Shown here piece by piece: positions 63,449 to 64,000 of a stretch of DNA of 64,000 nt. A model generated the notes under the pieces. The model did not search any database. It was not told the DNA's origin and saw nothing but the letters and a program-made list of their open reading frames with translations. The translations under genes were made by a program, and so were the position numbers. The stretch lies in the IMG/VR virus record IMGVR_UViG_3300042867_001113; one strand, given 5' to 3'. Within the stretch, counting starts at the first letter, position 1. The number at the start of each line of letters is the position of its first letter. This stretch comes from a virus.

Positions 63449-63984
63449 GTTCCTGAAGTAACAGGCCGAGTCTTTCTTTCAGAGGAACTTTTGCGGATGT
63501 GGCACGGCACACACAAGGTCTGAAAAGAATCCACTCCACCCGATGACTCTCCGACGTCGACACCGCCGCCTTGGGAGACCGGCACCATATGGTCCGCCTC
63601 CCACAGAGCGAGGTGCCTTGACTGGTGAGCCGGGAATCCCTTCTCCATACCGACTCGCTCCCGCTCCTCCAAGGGAAGATCGTACAGGCGCCGACGGAGG
63701 GCGAGCGTGTCGAGATGGCAGCACGCGCAGAAGCCCTTGTCTCGCAGGAAGACTTGAGACCGCAGGTACGCTGTGTCGCTCCGTAGCCGCCACTCGTGGA
63801 CACAGTTCGGACCACAGTAGGTGCGATGCGGCGGGAAGACTTCTCCGGCACACCAGCGGCACAGACGCCCGCCGTGGGCTCCTCGTTTCGAGGGCTTGGC
63901 TTCAGCGGAAGTCAGGCGCCGCTTTGTGCTCAAGGACGTCTTCCGCAGCACAAGCAGATGACCCCAGTGACGCTGGTCGTCCAA
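63445..63984 (-). CDS. HNH endonuclease (start uncertain)
   Basis: RDKGFCACC...EADH.VP...GGG...QTLCVPCH. Confidence 0.85.
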   Translation of the reverse strand: MDDQRHWGHLLVLRKTSLSTKRRLTSAEAKPSKRGAHGGRLCRWCAGEVFPPHRTYCGPNCVHEWRLRSDTAYLRSQVFLRDKGFCACCHLDTLALRRRLYDLPLEERERVGMEKGFPAHQSRHLALWEADHMVPVSQGGGVDVGESSGGVDSFQTLCVPCHIRKSSSERKTRPVTSGT

Positions 63985-64000
63985 GGGCCCGAACAGCGGA

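Noticed and set aside
1-64000. Stop-codon reassignment, tRNA genes or CRISPR arrays as seen in some large phages
   Set aside because: Recognisable genes are full length in the standard code and end in TGA, TAG or TAA; no cloverleaf or repeat-spacer pattern was seen by eye

Overview
A GC-rich (roughly 60-65% by eye) fragment of a large tailed dsDNA bacteriophage, probably a T4-like or jumbo myovirus. It is densely packed with about 100 mostly short ORFs in the standard code. I saw no rRNA, tRNA, CRISPR array, integrase or transposase. Recognisable genes: dCMP deaminase, DUF4406-like protein, patatin phospholipase, a divergent sigma-70-type factor, a thaumatin-family lipoprotein, C39-like peptidase, two HNH endonucleases, a PPP-type metallophosphoesterase, FmdB zinc ribbon, dNMP kinase, RlpA-like lytic transglycosylase, a cluster of MT-A70, N4/N6 DNA and SET-domain methyltransferases, a long block of fibre/decoration genes (43-58 kb, 60.6-61.5 kb) and probable internal head proteins. 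The host is unknown; a myxobacterial host is a weak inference from the thaumatin lipoprotein and GC content. The most unusual signals are non-coding. (1) A 14-bp quasi-palindrome GGACCATAYGGNNC is dispersed through genes and spacers, with 12 exact copies of its 11-bp core. (2) A ~330-nt structured RNA candidate with GNRA loops and a terminator lies at 29.7-30.0 kb, with two smaller candidates at 3.7 kb and 7.9 kb. (3) A GTTAC element sits 9-10 nt before the ATG of 11 genes, suggesting leaderless transcripts. (4) A covarying leader hairpin resembling a CsrA/RsmA site precedes eight genes. (5) The heptamer GAAAACT is strongly over-represented. All counts are by hand and all family assignments are from motif recognition, not database searches.
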